Of a stretch of 64,000 nucleotides of DNA, positions 59,201-64,000 are shown piece after piece. Under the pieces are notes generated by a model, which was not told where the DNA came from, searched no databases, and saw nothing but the letters and a program-made list of their open reading frames with translations. The first letter of the stretch is position 1. Every line of letters begins with the position of its first letter. Source of the stretch: Macrostomum hystrix (taxonomy: Eukaryota; Animalia; Platyhelminthes); NCBI GenBank assembly GCA_950097015.1, contig CATNEN010000001.1:8618001-8682000 (forward strand). The letters run 5' to 3'. The translations under genes and the position numbers were made by a program.

Positions 59201-62200
59201 ACGGCCTAGGCCGGCAAATTTTGAGTCTGAAATTATCGTCACAAAAAATTCAACGTTCTTTTCCTACTAGGCTACTCATTAGTATTATGAATAGGATATC
59301 CTACTATTCTACTATTCAGTAGTGTTGCGGAATATTTATTGAAAATTATTTATCATGCAGGATGGTGTTGGACACGTCAAAACAAATTCAACATCAATTT
59401 CAGCATACGCTTCTTTTTTCAGAAATTCTTCTTCCAATAGATAAAAACGAATCGAACCTTTCTTAGTGGCACTCAGTGCATTAGCCGCGCTTGAGTCCGG
59501 AACACCCGTTCGAGATCTCTTATCTACAACTGTTGGCGAACCAGCGGATCCACCAGCTGTCTCCTGATGCTCTTCCAACTTTGACGACGAAGCGGCTGAC
59601 TTAGCGGCAGCCATTGTCATAGCAACGTCGTGCACCGATCTGCGCCGAGAATGCCGCTTATCGCCAGCCTTCTGTTGTTGTTTATTTCTGCGCAATGTTG
59701 GCAAGAGATTCGACGATGGGGAGACATCTGAGGCGGCGATTTCGCCGTCCTCCAGCTTCAAAGTGGTCTCGTACAGGTCAATCTGCTGACGCAACTCGTC
59801 GCATTCTTTGGCTCGCGGCTGCAGCGACAACAGCGCCTATTGCACGAGTAATTTGAGTGATGGGGAGAATGTGGAGGTCATGAGTTCGAATCTGTATAGG
59901 ATTTCGATTTTAACTAACCTGTTCAATTTATGGAAGCAATGAGTAACGTGATTCATAACTAATTAAAAAAAATATTTTACTTGTTAACACAACGCAATGA
60001 CGATTTTAAGCATACCCGATATGTAACGAAAAAAATTAAACTCAGAAGTACCGTAATTTTTTATAAGTATTTAAAAAACAGACGTAAAAGCTTGAATTAA
60101 TTTAATTTTTCTGTTTTTAGCTTTTTTAGCTGCAAAGGTGAAGAAAGTCTTTCAAAATAAATACAAAGACACGACCAAGTCTTCGTTAAATTCTAGAGCG
60201 TGGCAATCACTTATTATAATGGACCCGATATGTATCGAAAACTGTGATATTTTACCTGCATCATTCCCTGCTCTTCGAGTATGTCAACCAAATCATAGTA
60301 GGCCTCTTGATCTGGTAGGTAGGCCAGACAAGAATTCACCAACTTCAAAGCCAGCACATAGTAGATCTCTTCCGTGAGGCTGGCGTCCTTTAGCAGGGCC
60401 ATCACGTGACTCCACTGCGGTTGGCGCTCGCGCACAGACACAGCGGAGACAGCTTTCATGAACAGCTCGCCATTGCCCGCGGCGTATTCAACGAAGATCA
60501 CCAACAGCTTGGCTGCGTTCTTCACCACCGAGTTGCGGTGCTGAGCGGCGAAAATTATTTTTGGGATTTGTTTTTGAGGATAGGGAATCTTGGTATCTGA
60601 GGATCTGGGATCTTGGAATCTGAGGATCTGGGACATTGGAATCTGAGGATCTGGAATCTTGGAATCTGAGGATCTGAGATCTTGGAATCTGAGGATCTGG
60701 GACATTGGAATCTGAGGATCTGGGACATTGGAATTTGAGGATCTGGGATCTTGGAATCTGAGAATCTGGGATCTTGGAATCTGAGGATGTGGGATATTGT
60801 AATCTGAGGATCTGGAATCTTGGAATCTGAGAATCTGGGATCTTGGAATCTGAGGATCTGGGATCTTGGAATCTGAGGATGTGGGATGTTGTAATCTGAG
60901 GATCTGGGATCTTGGAATCTGAGAATCTGGGATCTTGGAATCTGATGATCTGAGACATTGGAATCTGAGGATCTGGGATCTTGGAATCTGAGGATCTGGG
61001 ATCTTGGAATCTGAGGATGTGGGATGTTGTAATCTGAGGATCTGGGATCTTGGAATCTGAGAATCTGGGATCTTGGAATCTGAGGATCTGGGATCTTGGA
61101 ATCTGAGGATCTGAGACATTGGAATCTGAGGATCTGGAATCTTGGAATCTGAGGATCTGGGATCTTGGAATCTGAGGATCTGGGACATTGGAATCTGAGG
61201 AACTGGGATCTTGGAATCTGAGGATGTGGGACGTTGGAATCTGGGATCTTGGAATCTGAGGATGTGGGATCTTGGAATCTGAGGATCTGGGACATTGGAA
61301 TCTGAGGATCTGGGACATTGGAATCTGAGGATCTGGGACATTGGAATCTGAGGATCTGGGATCTTGGAATCTGAGAATCTGGGATCTTGGAATCTGAGGA
61401 TCTGGGACATTGGAATCTGAGGATCTGGAATCTTGGAATCTGAGGATCTGGGATCTTGGAATCTGAGGATCTGGGTCATTGGAATCTGAGGATCTGGGAT
61501 CATGGAATCTGAGGATGTGGGACGTTGGAATCTGAGGATGTGGGATGTTGGAATCTGAGGATCTTGGATTTTGGAATCTGAGGATCTGGGATGTTGGAAT
61601 CGGAGGATCTGGGATCTTGGAATCTGAGGATCTGCAATCTTGGAATCTGAGGATCTTGGAATCGAATAGAAACTAATGCAACCACCCTAAACGAAAAGCT
61701 AAGGGTTTATCCAAGCAACACGCGATATAGCTACTAACCTTTGATGATAGCAGAGAATAAAGCCATTCAATGGTTGCTTTGTGCTTTCCTATGCCCGTCA
61801 TACCGTCAATGTAGAGCATGATTTGACCGAGCGCTGAGATTGAAAGGCAATCAGTAAATTAGATAAAGTAATATTTTGCGGTTATTCAGTAAGCAGTACA
61901 TCAGACTGGTTGCCAATAATCAAGCAAGACTTCACTATATGAGTGATTTATAGCCTATCTAATAGGCTAAGGGTTTGTAGCCTAGTGGTTAAAGCGTCGG
62001 ACTCACGACTTAAAGGTCGAGGGTTCGTTTCCCGACTCGACTGGAAAAAATTGTTTCTTTTAGCAAGACACTGAACTCTGCATTGCCTCAGTTCACCCAG
62101 CTGTTTAATAGGAAAGATAATTGGATGTGGCGACACCCCAGTCCATGGACTGAACGAAGCTTTCAAATGCGCCGATGGATGTCGGCTGCACATTTCACTC

Positions 62201-63596
62201 GATTGGGGCAGGTGCAATCAAGTATTATTACTACTATAATTACTATAATTATAGCTCAAATAGAGGTAGTTTAGCTAATACTTCAGTCCATATATACTAT
62301 AAAAGTGTGACTTTTTACATAAAACTATTTTACTTAGAGCAGAGTGAACTCACCTCGCAGAATATGATAGTGATTAGCTTCTTCGCACTGGTGCCCAATA
62401 GTCACAATGGCATCTAAACCGCCGCTTTCAACGAACTCGTGCACCAAGTCTTTGTCGCCTTGAAATATTTGCTTTAGCGAGCTGAGAACCCGACTCAACT
62501 CGTCGCCAGAAGAGCTGAGTAGCTTCTCTGGCAATGTTTAATATTAAGTAGAAAAGCATAGATTATAGGATTATAGCATAGACATAGCAAAGGTTTCCCT
62601 GTACGTGATTGGCTGCAATTATGATGCAATTGCCAGGGATGAAGTGTACATCTTAAATTGTGATTGGCTGGGACCAAGTGTACACAAGTAACAATTTGAA
62701 ACACATCTTCGGGTAGATGAAGAAACCATTTAGCATGTAAAACTGAATAACAAGAAATATATCATAAAAAACTACAATACATACCAACAATTGCTTTGAC
62801 TCGAATGCACAATTGAGTCCGAACAATAAGGACATCTCGTTTGCTAAAATAGATTTTTAAGCATTTGAACTTAGTTTACAATTTTTGTGTAAATTATATT
62901 TAAATCTCAATGACTTACTCTTGACCGAATGATTCGAAATTGTACCATTGCTCTTCAACACTGAGTTCTAGATCTAAATATGGTCCATAGTCTCCTTGAG
63001 AACCATTGAACTTTAGCAGTTGAAGAGTGCAGTCTTCCAACTAAAAAAATAAAAAAAAGATGAATTAAATGCTTTTTTAATAATTATTTTACAACCAAAA
63101 GGCATTAAAATATTTTTAGGTTGGTTGAGCACAGAATTAATAAGTAAAAATCTAAACTTAACTAAACAAGGGTTTAAATACTATCTTTTATCTATTGACA
63201 TTTTTGGTGCTGCAACCATATACAATTGTAAACATTAAATATGCAACTCCATAGCTATCTTAAGACATAAATTACCATATTTGCTAGACTTGTAACATTT
63301 AGGCTTAGCAAGCTACCAAAATGTTAAATCTTTGCGACTTTATTCAGACATTAGAATCCAACAATTATTCTCAGGTATGTACTATGAAAAGCTTTAGCAA
63401 ATTTTACTAAATAGATTACCTGTAAAGGACAGCCAAGGAGATGATGCAGCTCATGAAGAAGCTGGGATAGAGGGCTATATAAAGAAAACATGTATTGTTT
63501 GCCCACTATTGGGGACAAGCCAGGCGCAAATGAGAAAGGGTCACTATCATCTAAATATTGAGCAGAAAAAGAGATAGCATCGTTTGACACAGCCAT
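41223..63596 (-). CDS. FHOD: FHOD-family formin (GBD/FH3, polyproline FH1, FH2, DAD)
   Basis: Exons: 63596-63420, 63040-62919, 62843-62785, 62527-62354, 61833-61739, 60540-60256, 59836-59458, 58886-57813 (donor tentative), 57678-57500, 56964-56467 (FH1), optional 54674-54660, 52310-52155, 47113-46886, 45348-44848, 43691-43151, 41296-41223. FHOD signatures: QYLDDSDPF, RTQLCIRV, KQIFQGDKDLVHEFV, ALGQIMLYIDGM, LDPKRSNAINIG, LAKVPEVRDTVHKHTLLHH, FALEYRTTRE, RKS|LRHKTLLIGLTEEE. Confidence 0.93.
41405..41888 (+). mobile_element. Second copy of the hAT MITE, in the last FHOD intron, with a shorter and more degenerate internal minisatellite
   Basis: Same TIRs and subterminal sequence as 33061-33991; TSD CAGTACAT/CAATACAT (1 mismatch). 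Confidence 0.9.
42030..42205 (+). mobile_element. SINE family B partial copy
   Basis: GGGGTTCGATTCCTGAATCCACTGG...CAGTTCGCCCCGGCTGTTAAATGGGTACC...CAGTCCATGGACTG. Confidence 0.8.
42720..43122. repeat. 22-bp minisatellite CCCCAGATCTGTCACTCTTTCA (last FHOD intron)
   Basis: Tandem periodicity. Confidence 0.95.
43915..44810. repeat. 20-bp minisatellite TTCACACATTTCACAGAGGA (FHOD intron)
   Basis: Tandem periodicity, with a 40-bp dimer at the left end. Confidence 0.95.
45440..46790. repeat. 23/25-bp minisatellite AAAGTAGACAAGATATAAC(AC)TA(A/G)G (FHOD intron)
   Basis: Tandem periodicity. Confidence 0.95.
47160..52085. repeat. 24-bp minisatellite CTAGCTACGATTCCTGCTGCCATT, about 200 copies (FHOD intron)
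   Basis: Tandem periodicity; fills nearly the whole 5-kb intron 47114-52154. Confidence 0.97.
54830..56255. repeat. 16-bp minisatellite GAGATGAGACACGGG(A/T) (FHOD intron), reverse complement of the hAT-MITE internal repeat
   Basis: Tandem periodicity with higher-order structure. Confidence 0.95.
57070..57375 (+). mobile_element. SINE family A copy in a FHOD intron
   Basis: Colinear with the reverse complement of 20236-20566 and 4342-4690. Confidence 0.85.
60580..61660. repeat. 23-bp minisatellite GGAATCTGAGGATCTGGGATCTT (FHOD intron)
   Basis: Tandem periodicity. Confidence 0.95.
61971..62252 (+). mobile_element. tRNA-derived SINE family B (CORE-like), near full length
   Basis: A-box TAGCCTAGTGG, B-box-like GGGTTCGTTTCC, CORE-like AGCAAGACACTGAACTCTGCATTGCCTCAGTTCACCCAGCTGTTTAA, palindrome CAGTCCATGGACTG, (TAT/TAC)n tail. 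Confidence 0.85.
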
Positions 63597-64000
63597 GGCT
63601 ATTAGGAATAGGAAAAAATAAACCACAATTTTCTATCTAAAGATAAAGTTTGCTCTGTCAGTCTCTTCACATTCTTAATAAAAAGCTACATCGTCTTTAG
63701 ACCAAATTTTGTTTGCAAAAAGCAAACCATGATTCTTTGAAAGACAGCTAGTCACTGGTAAATTACGAAAGATGGAATGATGGCGGAACAAATCACAGAA
63801 GTGTCAATGAAACTAAATACACTCTAACCGATGAACTAACTACTTTAGTTCAAGCAAAATTATCTGAATTATTTTAAATGTCAAAAACATGTGTTTCCTA
63901 CAAAAACAAAAGTGTAAATTAAAACAAAAGAGAAAACTCAAAGACATGACTACTCTTGTCTAATCGATTAAATTATGCAAAAACAGCAGAATAGTTTTAC

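Noticed and set aside
1845-61660. A rule linking array strand composition to gene orientation or to the nearest splice site
   Set aside because: Both G-rich and C-rich sense strands occur near donors and acceptors (e.g. C-rich after the 14735 donor, purine-rich in SLC49A3 intron 1); no consistent polarity.
61971-62045. tRNA genes at SINE heads (also about 20490-20566, 22955-23030, 23066-23110)
   Set aside because: A and B boxes are present, but acceptor stems do not pair and each continues into a SINE body or is truncated.

Overview
Eukaryotic (invertebrate animal) genomic DNA, AT-rich between genes, with GT-AG spliced genes. A free-living flatworm origin is a guess from the overall style and is not demonstrated. 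Five apparently intact genes could be assembled by hand: L-threonine aldolase (- strand, 8 exons, 1616-6719), an SLC49A3/MFSD7-like MFS transporter (+, 3 exons, 12171-14569), a consortin-like tail-anchored protein (+, 16578-17327), Six1/2 sine oculis (-, 3 exons, 21973-26605) and a FHOD formin (-, about 15-16 exons, 41223-63596). There is also a disabled ALK/LTK-type glycine-rich gene (-, 34945-36807). Roughly a third of the window (about 23 kb by my hand tally) consists of about 27 minisatellite arrays with different 14-43 bp units. They fill introns and gene flanks, and many share a GGAT(C) core; nearly all long repetitive ORFs in the track are artefacts of them. Mobile DNA comprises three tRNA-derived SINE families (two copies have perfect 14-bp TSDs; one family is CORE-like), a hAT MITE carrying an expandable minisatellite, an internally deleted Merlin transposon and a TA-flanked MITE. 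The best leads are the minisatellite system and its MITE vehicle, the invertebrate consortin-like gene and its possible splice/operon link to SLC49A3, a FHOD cassette exon with a three-fold repeated motif, and a candidate 15-nt FHOD microexon.
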